DNA of 64,000 nucleotides from Bacteroidia bacterium (GCA_016786925.1 JAEUTU010000052.1:726-64725); one strand, 5' to 3'; positions 1 through 11,200 are shown, counted from the stretch's first letter. A program made the numbers and translations. The notes: generated by a model from the sequence alone, not told the origin.

Positions 1-690
1 TTGTAGCTGTACATCCATTGCTTGGATCAGTAACAGTTACGGTGTAAGTACCAGCAGCATTTACATTCGGTGTAGCCGTTGTTCCACCACTTACCACTCC
101 AGGTCCGGCCCATGAATAAGTAGCACCTGTAGTAGTTGAGTTCGCACTTACAGTTCCAATACCCGAAGTACAATTGATCGGTGTAGTAGCACCAGCAGTA
201 ACATTTGGAGCAGTGCTATTAGCACTTACCGATACAGTAGTGGTTGCCGTACATCCATTAGCAGGATCGGTAACAGTAACCGTATAAGTACCTGCAGCAT
301 TTACAGTAGGTGTAGCCGTTGTTCCACCAGCAGTGATACCCGCACCTGTCCAGTTATAAGTAGCACCTGTAGTAGTAGAAGAAGCACTGATAGTTCCGCT
401 ATTAGCAGCACAAGTCAATGTTAATGTTCCGCCTGCACTTACATTCGGTGCAGCAATATTGCTGGTAACACCAACAGTTGTTGTAGCGGTACAAGAAGTT
501 GCAGGGTCAGTGATGGTCACTGTATATGTTCCTACGGCATTAACAGTAGCAGTTGAGGTTGCACCACCGCTAACGATACCAGGACCAGCCCATGTGTAAC
601 TTACACCTGATGTGGTAGATGATGCACTGATGGTTCCGCTTGTTGGGCTACAGCCTAACACTAATGGTGTTCCAGCAGTAGCCGAAGGAG
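1..690 (-). repeat. Type-B coding repeats, 240-bp (80-aa) period, at least 3 copies
   Basis: Trp codons of YxW(A/T)G(P/A)G fall at 590, 350 and 110. Each unit contains NAxGTYTVT(V/I)TDPxxxCTAT. Confidence 0.85.
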
Positions 691-3600
691 GTGTTGGAAC
701 GTTGTTCACCAATGCATTGGCAGAAGCAGTAGAAGTACACGTTCCGTTATCAACAGTAAATGTATAAGTTGTTCCAGGAGTTAATCCGGTAATAGTTGTT
801 GTTGTTCCAGTACCTGTAGTTGTAGCACCACCAGGTGTTGTAGTAATGGTCCATGATCCAGAAGCAGGTAAACCGTTCAACACAACACTTGCTGTTGTAG
901 CAGCACAAGTAGGTTGAGTGATGGTTCCTAATAAAGGAGCAGTTGGAGCACCGGCAAAGGTGTTGATAGTTACTGATGCAGAAGCAGCAGAAGTACAAGT
1001 TCCATCGTTTACAGTAAATGTATACGTAGCACCACCTGCTAAACCTGTGAAAGTAGCAGTAGTTCCTGAACCTGTTTGGGTTGTTCCACCAGGTGTAGCA
1101 GTGATGGTCCATGAACCTGCAGGCAATCCGCTTAAAGCAACGTCACCTGTTGAAATGGTACAAGTTGGTTGAGTAACTGTTCCAAGAACAGGAGTGGATG
1201 GTGTAGTCGGTTGAGCATTGATCACTGCATTGGTAGAAGATGTTGAAGTACATGTTCCATCGTTTACAGTAAATGTATAGGTATTACCAGCAGTTAATCC
1301 TGTTACAGTTGTAGTTGTTCCCGAACCGTTAACAGTAGTTCCACCTGGAGTAATGGTTACTGTCCATGATCCTGCAGGCAATCCACTCAGTGCAACACTT
1401 GCTGTTGCAACCGTACAACTTGGTTGAGTGATGGTTCCTACAGCAGGAGCAACAGGAATTGTTGGCTGTGTATTTACAACTGCATTAACAGAAGTAGTAG
1501 AAGTACAAGTTCCATTGCTAACTGTAAATGTGTAGGTACCTGCGGCTAATCCTGAGATGGTAGTTGTAGTACCTGTTCCTGTAGCTGTTCCGCTAGGAGA
1601 ACCGGTAATAGTCCATGTTCCTGATGATGGCAAACCGCTTAACGCAACGCTTCCTGTTGCAACTGAACAAGTAGGTTGAGTGATCGTTCCGATAACAGGA
1701 GCTGTTGGAGTTGTAGGTTGAGCATTTACAACAGCCATTAATGAGGATGGAGAATTACAAGTTCCATCATTTACAATAAAGGTATACGAACCCGGAGCTA
1801 AACCTGAGATGGTCGTTGTTGTTCCACTACCTGTAGCAGTGCCACTTGGTGAACCTGTTACGGTCCATGATCCTGAAGCAGGCAATCCACTTAAAGCAAC
1901 ACTACCTGTTGCAACAGTACATGTTGGTTGAGTGATGGTTCCGATAGCAGGAGCAGTTGGCACACCCACTAATGGATTAACAACTGCGTTTGTTGAAGCA
2001 GCAGAAGTACAAGTACCGTTGCTTACGGTGAAGGTATAAGTAGCACCTGCAGTTAATCCTGTAAAGGTTGTTGTCGTTCCTGTCCCTGTAGCAGTTGCGC
2101 CACCCGGAGATGCAGCGATCGTCCATGTTCCAGATGATGGTAATCCACTTAAAGCCACACTACCTGTTGTAACGGTACAGTTAGGCTGAGTGATAGCACC
2201 TACTACCGGAGCAGTAGGAGTAGTTGGTTGTGTATTTAAAACAGCATTTAAAGAAGATGTAGAAGTACATGTTCCATTACTTACAGTGAATGTGTATGTT
2301 CCAGGAGCAAGACCGGAGATTGTTGTTGTAGTACCTGTTCCTGTTGCAGTGCCACTTGGTGATCCTGTAACTGTCCATGTTCCTGATGAAGGTAAACCAC
2401 TTAATGCAACACTACCTGTAGCAACAGTACAGCTTGGTTGTGTGATCGTGCCGATCGTTGGAGCCGTTGGCACTGTTGGTGCAGCGTTAATGATGGCGTT
2501 TCCTGAAGCAGAAGAAGGACAACCGGCTACAGTTTGAACAGTGAATGTATAGGTAGTACCAGCAGTTAAACCACTAATAGAACCGGTAGTGCCTGTTCCT
2601 GTTGCAGTAGCACCACCCGGTGATGCAGTGATGGTCCATGTTCCTGATGAAGGTAAACCTGTGAAAGCAACACTACCAGTTGTTGTTGAACAGGTTGGTT
2701 GTGTAATGGTACCTACAACCGGAGCGGTAGGAGCAACACAAGCTACTTTTGTACAAACATAAGAAGGTGTTGGTGTAATGGCTGTTCGAGCAACAGTAAT
2801 TGCATCAGAGCCCGGTGTACCCGACCATGAATTATAAATTGGATCAGCAAATGTAGTTGGACCGGCAGCTGCTGTTGGTGTAAACGATGTTGCAGGACAA
2901 CCGGAAGATGGAGTATCTCCAGTTGGATCGGTTTTTATTACGTGGTAATCATAATTTGTCCCCCCTGCAGTCATGGACATAGAGATATAACCATTATCGG
3001 ATGTCTGTCCTCCACGAGGTAAAATTGAAAGTAAATTAAAGTTATAACGTTTCGCAAACACGTTGGTTGTTGCAGTTGGATTAACTCTATGAATAGAATT
3101 ATGAAATGCAACACTTAAAGGTCGGATATACATAGCCATCGTAACAAGATCCGTACTTCCATTCACCTCATAAATTTGTGAAATGTCAACAGGATCGGCA
3201 CCTACAAAAGAAGATGAATATGTAAACAAGCGGCTAAACGTATTTGAAAAACCACCAGCTCCCGCAAACTTCTGAATAAGCTCTCTGCTATTATCAGTTC
3301 CACCGGCAATAATATCACCCGCTGCTGTTTTATTTACTGCTCCAAAATATTTACTACTTTGAGTGGTTGAATTACTTGGATTATCAATTTGTTTGTGATA
3401 AGTAATTGCTCCTGCGGTTGATGTTTTTAATATCAATGCATCAGTAGGTGTAGCGTCATCACCATCAGAGTTGGTGGCTGATAAGTGATTATTTACATCA
3501 TAACTCCCAACAGCCACATAACCATCACTCACCTCAACAACATCCACAAAACTTGCATCGTTATAAATCCTGTTAGCAGGAACATTTGAAGTAACATAAT

Positions 3601-4228
3601 ATCTAAATACTCTGTGCCAAACATGATTTCCACTTGCATCAAATTTAACGATCAATGGAGAACCAATGTATTCTGTTTGAGGGTCACCATTTGTATCTGT
3701 ATAATTGATCGGATTAAAATCAATTTCAGCACCTGCCCCATCCGGATCGTGCCCGGTAACGTAACCAACAGCTACATATCCACCATCAGAAGCTTTAATG
3801 ATACGATTAAACCAAGCACTGTTCGCTTCAGCAATACTGAATTTTTTTTGCATCACAATTGCTCCGGTTGAATTCAAAACCATAAACACTGCAGCATTGG
3901 ACTCACTTCCACCACAGACAATATACTGGTTATTCGCTGCATCTTTTTTGATATCATTCAATTGGAAACCAATTGATGCATCCGAAAAGCGGTACGACCA
4001 GTTGATTGCTCCTGTGTCATTCAGTTCGGTTACCGTTCCATAGATAGGAATGAAGGTCATATTCGTTCCTGCCATTACATAAGTATTAGCAGTTAAACCT
4101 TCCACAATATTGCCGGGAAGATCGAATAATGCTTGATTGTAATTCTTTCTAAATGCAGTCGTTGTTTGGGCTTTTGTTGATGTAAACAACAAAAAAACAG
4201 CTGCAGATAAAATCAGTAGTTTTTTCAT
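2..4228 (-). CDS. Large secreted repeat adhesin (SprB-like/gliding-motility-associated type), partial: runs off the window start
   Basis: Absent from the ORF track because no stop lies inside the window. Manual translation from ATG 4228 gives MKKLLILSAAVFLLFTSTKAQ (signal peptide), a ~490-aa propeller-like N-domain (DGGYVAVG motifs), then Thr/Gly-rich repeats with paired Cys. No C-terminus visible. Confidence 0.85.
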   Translation of the reverse strand, partial: MKKLLILSAAVFLLFTSTKAQTTTAFRKNYNQALFDLPGNIVEGLTANTYVMAGTNMTFIPIYGTVTELNDTGAINWSYRFSDASIGFQLNDIKKDAANNQYIVCGGSESNAAVFMVLNSTGAIVMQKKFSIAEANSAWFNRIIKASDGGYVAVGYVTGHDPDGAGAEIDFNPINYTDTNGDPQTEYIGSPLIVKFDASGNHVWHRVFRYYVTSNVPANRIYNDASFVDVVEVSDGYVAVGSYDVNNHLSATNSDGDDATPTDALILKTSTAGAITYHKQIDNPSNSTTQSSKYFGAVNKTAAGDIIAGGTDNSRELIQKFAGAGGFSNTFSRLFTYSSSFVGADPVDISQIYEVNGSTDLVTMAMYIRPLSVAFHNSIHRVNPTATTNVFAKRYNFNLLSILPRGGQTSDNGYISMSMTAGGTNYDYHVIKTDPTGDTPSSGCPATSFTPTAAAGPTTFADPIYNSWSGTPGSDAITVARTAITPTPSYVCTKVACVAPTAPVVGTITQPTCSTTTGSVAFTGLPSSGTWTITASPGGATATGTGTTGSISGLTAGTTYTFTVQTVAGCPSSASGNAIINAAPTVPTAPTIGTITQPSCTVATGSVALSGLPSSGTWTVTGSPSGTATGTGTTTTISGLAPGTYTFTVSNGTCTSTSSLNAVLNTQPTTPTAPVVGAITQPNCTVTTGSVALSGLPSSGTWTIAASPGGATATGTGTTTTFTGLTAGATYTFTVSNGTCTSAASTNAVVNPLVGVPTAPAIGTITQPTCTVATGSVALSGLPASGSWTVTGSPSGTATGSGTTTTISGLAPGSYTFIVNDGTCNSPSSLMAVVNAQPTTPTAPVIGTITQPTCSVATGSVALSGLPSSGTWTITGSPSGTATGTGTTTTISGLAAGTYTFTVSNGTCTSTTSVNAVVNTQPTIPVAPAVGTITQPSCTVATASVALSGLPAGSWTVTITPGGTTVNGSGTTTTVTGLTAGNTYTFTVNDGTCTSTSSTNAVINAQPTTPSTPVLGTVTQPTCTISTGDVALSGLPAGSWTITATPGGTTQTGSGTTATFTGLAGGATYTFTVNDGTCTSAASASVTINTFAGAPTAPLLGTITQPTCAATTASVVLNGLPASGSWTITTTPGGATTTGTGTTTTITGLTPGTTYTFTVDNGTCTSTASANALVNNVPTPPSATAGTPLVLGCSPTSGTISASSTTSGVSYTWAGPGIVSGGATSTATVNAVGTYTVTITDPATSCTATTTVGVTSNIAAPNVSAGGTLTLTCAANSGTISASSTTTGATYNWTGAGITAGGTTATPTVNAAGTYTVTVTDPANGCTATTTVSVSANSTAPNVTAGATTPINCTSGIGTVSANSTTTGATYSWAGPGVVSGGTTATPNVNAAGTYTVTVTDPSNGCTAT
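690..2740 (-). repeat. Type-A coding repeats, 8 copies of 83-87 aa
   Basis: The gtccatg (Trp-Thr) landmark recurs at about 849, 1107, 1362, 1611, 1863, 2121, 2373 and 2634. Consensus APxxGTITQPTCxxxTGSVALSGLPxSGxWT...GLxxGxYTFTVxxGTCTS. Confidence 0.9.
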
Positions 4229-4276
4229 TTTAGTGGGTAGTTTTATTGGGTTTATCTTACTTTTTGTTTAATTAGT

Positions 4277-4308
4277 CAAAAATACCTGATTATCAGGCAT
4301 ATTTCAAA
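4277..4308 (-). promoter_or_regulatory. Bacteroidota housekeeping-sigma promoter for the adhesin gene
   Basis: Minus strand TTTG (4305-4308), 20-bp spacer, TATTTTTG (4277-4284); matches TTTG-N19-21-TAnnTTTG. Confidence 0.7.
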
Positions 4309-4377
4309 AAAAACTAAGCATATTTTTTGGTTTCTAAAATAAATAATACTAATTTTAAATATTGATTATCAATATTT
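4285..4377. promoter_or_regulatory. Two palindromic candidate operators with TGATTATCA core
   Basis: CCTGAT-T-ATCAGG at 4285-4297 and AAATATTGAT-T-ATCAATATTT at 4357-4377. Confidence 0.55.
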
Positions 4378-4404
4378 TACAATTATTTTTTTTACAATTC
4401 TAAA

Positions 4405-5895
4405 ATGAAACAAGAAGCTATATCCGAGCTTATTCATTCCATGTCTTCGTCCGAAAAAAGACACTTTAAGATCTATTCCAAAGGACATATTAAAGAAGGA
4501 GAGAATAATTATATCAGTCTGTTTGATGCCATCAATAACTCAAAGAAAGCATATGAGCATGAATTAAAAACTAAAAATTCGAAAAGATCATCCTTAAAAA
4601 ATTTACACGTTGAAAAAAACTACTTATACAACCTTCTACTGAAAAGTTTAAATGACTTCCATGGCATTACCAGTTCGGAAGCAAAGATCGATAAGATCAA
4701 CAAACACATCGAAATACTATTACACAAAGGATTACATCAGCAATGCCTCAAACTTGTGGCAAAAGCAAAAAAAACGGCATACGAAGCACATGCTGAATCA
4801 CAGCTGATCAGAACATTGGAACTAGAACAGGAGATCTACAACAAACAACAGGACTATAAAAAACTACTTTCATCGATAGACGATAGCAAGAGTTTATTAA
4901 AAAAATTAGCCAATCAATACGACTATAAAAACCTGGCCTTTGAAATGAATTTCAAAGAGATCACTTTCAGGTCGACTAACAAAACAGAGCATTTAAAAGA
5001 ATTGCAACTTCTCATGAAACATGAGCTGATGCTGGATGAAAGAAAGGCAGAAACATACAAAGCAAAAATGTTTCTATTTCAAACAAAAGCGATGTATTAT
5101 GGAATTGTAAATGATGAGCCTACAAGCATTCTGTATTTTGAAAAAATGATGCAATTGATGGAGTCTGCTCCAAAACTTATCCAACAACATCCGATCGACT
5201 ACCTTCTAGTATTTGCAAATGTTGCCATGGGTAAGATCAATCTAAAAAACTATAAGGAATTAATGGGTGACATCAAAAATATAGAAAGTAGCCCAAGCAG
5301 ACTTCAAATAAAACAAGACAAAGCATTTGAGGCCAATCTTTTCTTTTTTACTAAACCCTACCAACTGGATATTTATACTGCCATAAAAGAATATGAAAAA
5401 AGCAGAGAGATCATTCTGCTCATCGAAGATCATATTGATACCTACAAACCGCATGTGATCCGGACGATACTTTTAAATACAGCCAAATCAATCGCCATCG
5501 CAAGTTTCTATCTGGAAGACTACAAACGATCACTGAAATATATGAATCAGATCTTTGATGATGATCTCGGAAAATACAGTCGCGGACACATTTTTAACAT
5601 GATCATTCACTATGAACTAGGAAACGAATCGTTACTAAGCAGTTTGATCAATTCCACAAAGAGATTACTGATCCAGCAAGATCGGCTAACCAAAGCTGAA
5701 GAATTAATGATCGAATTCTTTACGAAGCTGATCAAAAAAAATAAAACAAAAGACATCAAAACACATTTTCAGGATTACCATAAACTTGTTTTAAGACTAA
5801 TGGATGATCCGGAGTCAAATTTCTCTTTACGCTATTTTGATGTAGCGAAATGGATGGAAGCTAAAATTAAAAATAAATCTATGGCTAGCCTATAA
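4405..5895 (+). CDS. Uncharacterised cytoplasmic all-helical (TPR-like) protein, possible regulator
   Basis: 496 aa with no signal peptide. N-terminal LIHSMSSSEKRHFK...YISLFDAI...KNYLYNLLLKSL block followed by helical repeats. Confidence 0.8.
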   Translation: MKQEAISELIHSMSSSEKRHFKIYSKGHIKEGENNYISLFDAINNSKKAYEHELKTKNSKRSSLKNLHVEKNYLYNLLLKSLNDFHGITSSEAKIDKINKHIEILLHKGLHQQCLKLVAKAKKTAYEAHAESQLIRTLELEQEIYNKQQDYKKLLSSIDDSKSLLKKLANQYDYKNLAFEMNFKEITFRSTNKTEHLKELQLLMKHELMLDERKAETYKAKMFLFQTKAMYYGIVNDEPTSILYFEKMMQLMESAPKLIQQHPIDYLLVFANVAMGKINLKNYKELMGDIKNIESSPSRLQIKQDKAFEANLFFFTKPYQLDIYTAIKEYEKSREIILLIEDHIDTYKPHVIRTILLNTAKSIAIASFYLEDYKRSLKYMNQIFDDDLGKYSRGHIFNMIIHYELGNESLLSSLINSTKRLLIQQDRLTKAEELMIEFFTKLIKKNKTKDIKTHFQDYHKLVLRLMDDPESNFSLRYFDVAKWMEAKIKNKSMASL

Positions 5896-5896
5896 T

Positions 5897-5928
5897 AAAA
5901 AGGCTCTTCATAAATGAAGAGCCTTTTT
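5897..5928. terminator. Bidirectional intrinsic terminator
   Basis: AAAAAGGCTCTTCA-TAAA-TGAAGAGCCTTTTT between convergent genes. Confidence 0.85.
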
Positions 5929-5950
5929 ATTCTTATAAAAGAAAGAAAAA

Positions 5951-7777
5951 TTATTTCGCAATAGAGAATCTACGAACAACGCTATGACCATCTACTACTA
6001 TTCTGCAGGAATAAATTCCTGATGTGTACGATTCTGTATTAAAGATCAATTTACCATTGATAAACGAGTTTGTTAGATCTTTCTTATCCATCAATCGACC
6101 TTGAACATCATAAATTTCATAGCTCAATTTATTTACCTCTGAAGGGAAGCTAAAATCAATCGCAACCGAATTATTGGCCGGACTAGGGTAAAAATTATAG
6201 AAATAAGCTTCTGCAATATTTTCTTCTACACCAACACCACTGATACGTTGAATACCCACATTGATCATCAGATCTTCTGTTTCTCTGTATCTGTAATCAG
6301 CCCATGCATTACCTAATATTTCAAATGTTCTGTTGGAAACAGGCAATAACTGATTTTGCCCTAATGTCAGACCATCACCATCCATCACCCAGGCAACATA
6401 CACTCCACCTGAATTGATCGTTAATGGAGTTGGTAAAGTAGCTGTATTCCATGAAGCAATGGCAATTATGGATGGACCCATATAAACAGAGTCTAATCTT
6501 GTTCCTGCTGCACCTGCTGTCCCGTTATCATCATAAACAACCATTGAATACCCGGCTGCCATAGGATTATCAACAATGTAAGCATACATTTCAGTTAAGT
6601 TACATGGATAAAATGGTGGCTTAAAATAAATAGCTGCTCCGCCATTTCCACCTTGCCAGCTCAAACCACCTAAACCGGCTTCTACGCCATTATCGTACGA
6701 CAAACGAATAGTGGATTGTGTTGTATCAACAACTACTAATTCTTGAACTTTTTGATCGTTACTAGGTGTAGCATCACCACTCAATTGCGTATTTGTCAAG
6801 AAACGGAATGTTCCTGCAACAGTTGGATTAAACGTATTTGTTCCGGTAATAACCTGCGTCTGTCCGGGAGTTAATGCATTTGTTGTTGTATTGTTTTGTG
6901 CCTGAATAGCATTTGCTCCATTCACTACACGTGTAAATACATTGAATGGTGACAAATTTTGATTCCCGGTATTTTTTACTTCAGTGGTCATAGTAAAGGA
7001 ACTTCCATTTCTGGAAAGGAACAAACCACCTGTTTCTGCATTATTGTTATAAGTAGTTGAGGCATCGGAAACAGCAAATGTTGTATTGCTTGGATAATAA
7101 TATTTTATTGCATAACTAGAAGGCGGTAAAGCATTGTAAGAATGCTGTAATCCAATATTGCCTGAATTATTTTCAATACCAATACTTACATAACTAGTTA
7201 AATTAGCTGGGGAACCAGATTGCGCTTGATACTGATAAGTGATTGAACTATCTACTGCACTCAAGATCACTTGAAATGTATTCGAACCAACCCATCCTGA
7301 AGTTTGATCCCAAAATGGAACGTCAATATAGGAAACAACCAAGGTATCATTATCAGAACTTGTCCATCTCCAACATTCAGCATTATTACCCGGATCAAAT
7401 ATAAGATCCGAAGTCATCATCGCTAAATAATTTTGAGGCAATGAGGTTGATGGTATCATTGGAAATGGATGTGAGATCTGCCCGTTTGTAAATCCAATAT
7501 ATCCATTCGATCCTACCCAAAATTGAGTTACATCATACCAATAATAATGAAATGAGAATCCGATCGGAAATGATCCTTTGATATTGTCATCTGCCAAAAA
7601 TCGAACTTCAGAAGCACCCGGCAATGGCAAAATATCTATCCAATTGTAAGCGGGTCCTTGTGGGTCGTTACTATCGCGCCAGATGTATCCATAGGCATCC
7701 GGTCCGCCCGATGTTTGTGCTTGCGTGTAAGTCACACAACACAAAAATGTAAGAAAAAGTGTAGCAATTTTTTTCAT
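5951..7777 (-). CDS. T9SS type-A sorted protein (NIDO-like N-domain, CARDB/Ig-like domain)
   Basis: Signal peptide; GGPDAYGYIW and PIGFSFHYY..GSNGYIGF motifs; VKNTGNQNL Ig-like motif; C-terminal FYPSPA...IYDVQGR...SGIYSCRI. Confidence 0.8.
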   Translation of the reverse strand: MKKIATLFLTFLCCVTYTQAQTSGGPDAYGYIWRDSNDPQGPAYNWIDILPLPGASEVRFLADDNIKGSFPIGFSFHYYWYDVTQFWVGSNGYIGFTNGQISHPFPMIPSTSLPQNYLAMMTSDLIFDPGNNAECWRWTSSDNDTLVVSYIDVPFWDQTSGWVGSNTFQVILSAVDSSITYQYQAQSGSPANLTSYVSIGIENNSGNIGLQHSYNALPPSSYAIKYYYPSNTTFAVSDASTTYNNNAETGGLFLSRNGSSFTMTTEVKNTGNQNLSPFNVFTRVVNGANAIQAQNNTTTNALTPGQTQVITGTNTFNPTVAGTFRFLTNTQLSGDATPSNDQKVQELVVVDTTQSTIRLSYDNGVEAGLGGLSWQGGNGGAAIYFKPPFYPCNLTEMYAYIVDNPMAAGYSMVVYDDNGTAGAAGTRLDSVYMGPSIIAIASWNTATLPTPLTINSGGVYVAWVMDGDGLTLGQNQLLPVSNRTFEILGNAWADYRYRETEDLMINVGIQRISGVGVEENIAEAYFYNFYPSPANNSVAIDFSFPSEVNKLSYEIYDVQGRLMDKKDLTNSFINGKLIFNTESYTSGIYSCRIVVDGHSVVRRFSIAK

Positions 7778-7846
7778 GATCTATTTGTTAGGTTAGTATA
7801 ACAAATATATCAAAATTTATGAAAAAAAGAAGTTAAAACGGATGTA

Positions 7847-8176
7847 TTATTTAAGAGTGTCGGTAATATTCTGCCCTTCGTCATTTACTACTTGTGTTAC
7901 CTCAGTAACCTGGCGACTGATACTTTGATTGGCTTTATCGATCTCCGATTGGATCTCTGAAGTATGCTTCCGGATCTCTTCGGTTAAACCACCGGTATTT
8001 TTATGGATCTCCTGTTGTAATTGATCTTTCGCATCGTTTAATTCTCTCAAACCACGACCCAAGCCTTTTGCAATGCCGGGAAGTTTATCCGACCCGAACA
8101 GCATCAGCACCACAAGAATGATAAGGAATACCTCACCTCCACCCATGTTCAAAAAAAGAAAGATTGATGCAGTCAT
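7847..8176 (-). CDS. tatA: Twin-arginine translocase TatA/TatB family subunit
   Basis: MGGGEVFLIILVVLMLFGSDKLPGIAKGLGRGLREL: TM helix, FG hinge and amphipathic helix. Confidence 0.85.
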   Translation of the reverse strand: MTASIFLFLNMGGGEVFLIILVVLMLFGSDKLPGIAKGLGRGLRELNDAKDQLQQEIHKNTGGLTEEIRKHTSEIQSEIDKANQSISRQVTEVTQVVNDEGQNITDTLK

Positions 8177-8202
8177 TCGTAAATTTTGTTCTACAAAAGT
8201 AC

Positions 8203-8243
8203 AAAAAAAGAAACCCGATAAATTGCTTTACCGGGTTTCTTTT
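8203..8243 (-). terminator. Intrinsic terminator after secDF
   Basis: AAAAGAAACCCG...CGGGTTTCTTTT hairpin, with an A-run that reads as a U-tract on the minus strand. Confidence 0.75.
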
Positions 8244-8256
8244 AAATTTTAACACA

Positions 8257-11200
8257 TTACTTTTTTTCTTCTTTATCTTTTTCCAGATCGATAACGATCG
8301 GAGTTGCGATACAAATAGAAGAATAAGTACCGATAGCGATACCGATCAACAATGCGAAAGAGAATCCTCTGATAGTTTCACCACCGAAAATAAAGATCGC
8401 CAACATTACGAAGAAGATCGTTAATGCTGTATTGATCGTACGGCTTAACGTACTGTTCAATGCAAAATTGATCACTCTTTCACGTTCGTGCTTATCAAGA
8501 TCTGACTTATTGCGTTCCGTCAAGTACTCACGAATACGGTCGAATACAACCACACTATCCACCATCGAGTAACTCATTACAGTTAACACAGCTGCAATAA
8601 AATCCTGAGTGATCTCCAATGAGAAAGGTAAGATACCATCAAAAATAATATATACAGAAAGTACGATCGCTACGTCATGGAACAATGCCACAACCGCACC
8701 CAAACCATACTGCCATTTTTTGAATCGGATAAAAATGAACACGAACATTACTAGACATGATAACAATACCGCCCAAACCGCTTTTTCTTTGATATCACGG
8801 GAAACTGTTTCGCCTACTTTTTGAGAGCTCATCACTTCGTATTTTACACCAAGTGTTTTTAATCCTTCATTTAATTTACCTTCTACTTTTGCTTCTGCAT
8901 CATCCGATCCATCACCGATCAAATATGTAGTAGTGATACGTTGTTGTGTGCTTTCACCGTATGTTTTCACTTCCGGTGCTTCTCCTTCAAATGAAGTAGT
9001 CAAAGCATTACGTACCTCTTCGGTTGTTTTGACATCGTCAAAACGAACCACATAAGAACGACCACCTTTAAAATCAACACCTAGGCTAAATCCGCCTTTT
9101 GTTACATAAGCAAAGATCCCTGCTGCGATCACTAATGAAGAGAAGATATAATACAACTTACGTTTTCCAACGAAATTGATATTGATCTTTTTGAATGCTC
9201 CATCTGTCATAGCATTTGCAAAAGGAATTGATTTTCCTTTTTCCAACCAACGGTCAAATACCAAACGGGTAATGAAGATCGCACAGAACAGGGATGATAC
9301 GATACCGATCATTAATGTAGTAGCGAAACCTTGAATAGGACCGGTTCCGAATACAAACAAGATGATACCTAATAACAAACCGGTAATGTGTGAATCGATC
9401 ACAGAAGACATTGCATTCTTATAACCCTCTTTAATAGCAGTTCCAATTGCTTTGCCTAAAGCCAATTCCTCACGAACACGCTCATAGATCAAGATATTCG
9501 CATCCACCGACATCGCGATCGTTAATACGATACCTGCGATACCAGGTAAAGTTAATACTGCCTGGAAAGAAGCAAGGATACCGATCACAAACAAGTTATT
9601 AATGATCATCGCTAATGATGCTACCCAACCGGCTTTGCTGTAATAGAAGCCCATGAACAATAACACCAATACCAACGCAATGATGGTAGAGAACAAACCT
9701 TTACTGATAGCTTCCTGACCTAAGGTAGGACCAACGACAGTCTCTTCAACGATCTTGGCAGGAGCAGGTAATTTCCCCGCTTTTAAGATATTCACTAAGT
9801 CATCCGCCTCATTGATCGTAAAGTTACCGGTAATAGAAGAATTACCACCTGCAATTTCACCTTGTACAGTAGGGAATGAATAAACACTGTTATCTAAAAC
9901 GATAGCAATTGATTTACCTACATTCTCTCTGGTTAAACGCTTCCAGATGTTAGCAGCCTCAGTCTTCATACTCATAGAGATAGAAGGAGAACCTGAACCT
10001 TGTTCGAACATTTTACGGGCATCAGCAATGATATCACCAGACAATGGTGCTTTACCATCACGAGATGTTGTGCGGATAGCAATCAACTGTAAAGTAGTTT
10101 CTTCTTTATCGATCGGTTTAAAGCTCCAGAAGAATTTAGAACGTGGAGGGAAGATACTTTTGATCTTCGGGTTGTTCAAATACTCATTTACTTTTGCTGT
10201 ATCTCTGATAGCAGCATAACCAACTACCGGACCTTGACCCAAAACAGGTTGTCCTTGTTCGTTACGACCAATTGCAGCACCTAAAACAGCAAACAATGGA
10301 TTTTCTTTTCTCATTCTAGCCAATGTATCAGCAGAAGTTTCTCCTGCTTTAGAAGAATCTTTTTTATCGGTTCCTAACTGACTAGCTAATGTAGATGCCG
10401 ATTTAGTTGTATCAGGAGCTGTTGTAGCAGCAGTAGTTGCTGTTTTTGTTGAATCAGGATTAGTACCTGCAACAGCAGCTGTATCAGCAGCAGCTGCAGA
10501 AGAATCAACCGGTGCCATGATCTCTTTCAAACGTGTATTCGCTTGCTCTAACAATGGATAGATCTCCTGGTTATCATACGTTTCCCAGAATTCCAAGTTA
10601 GCACTTCCTTGTAATAATTTACGAACACGAGCCTTATCTGTAACACCAGGCAACTCGATCAAAATACGACCAGAAGAAGCTAAACGTTGAATGTTTGGAG
10701 TACTTACCCCAAATTTATCGATACGGGCACGTAATGTATTTTCAGAAGTTGCAATGGCTTCTTCAATACGCTCACGTAAAAATTTCAATACATCTTCATC
10801 TGTTGTATTGAAATCGATCTTCCCTTTCAATTCAATTGTTTGGAAGTTGATCGCTAAACGACCATTTGGATTTGCTTTTTTATATTCTTCACCAAAAAGA
10901 GTAACAAAATCTTTGGTTGATTTCTTTTGTAATTCAGTAGCACTTGCCAAAGCTTTCACAAAAGCAGGATCGTTACTATTGTTTGACAAACCTCTTATGA
11001 TATCGGCAACAGCCACTTCCAAGGTTACGTTCATACCACCTTTTAAGTCAAGACCCAAATTCAACTGACGGTTTCTCACCTCTTCATAGGTATAAGAAGT
11101 AAAGCCTAGATCGTAAACCGGCAATTTCTTTAATGAATCTAAATAACCATTTCTTTTAGAAGCATGTACTGAATCCAAATATGATTTTTGCTCTGTTGGA

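Noticed and set aside
750-4043. ORFs 750..1112, 918..1172, 2190..2537, 3614..3871 and 3798..4043
   Set aside because: Alternative-frame or antisense shadows of the large minus-strand adhesin.
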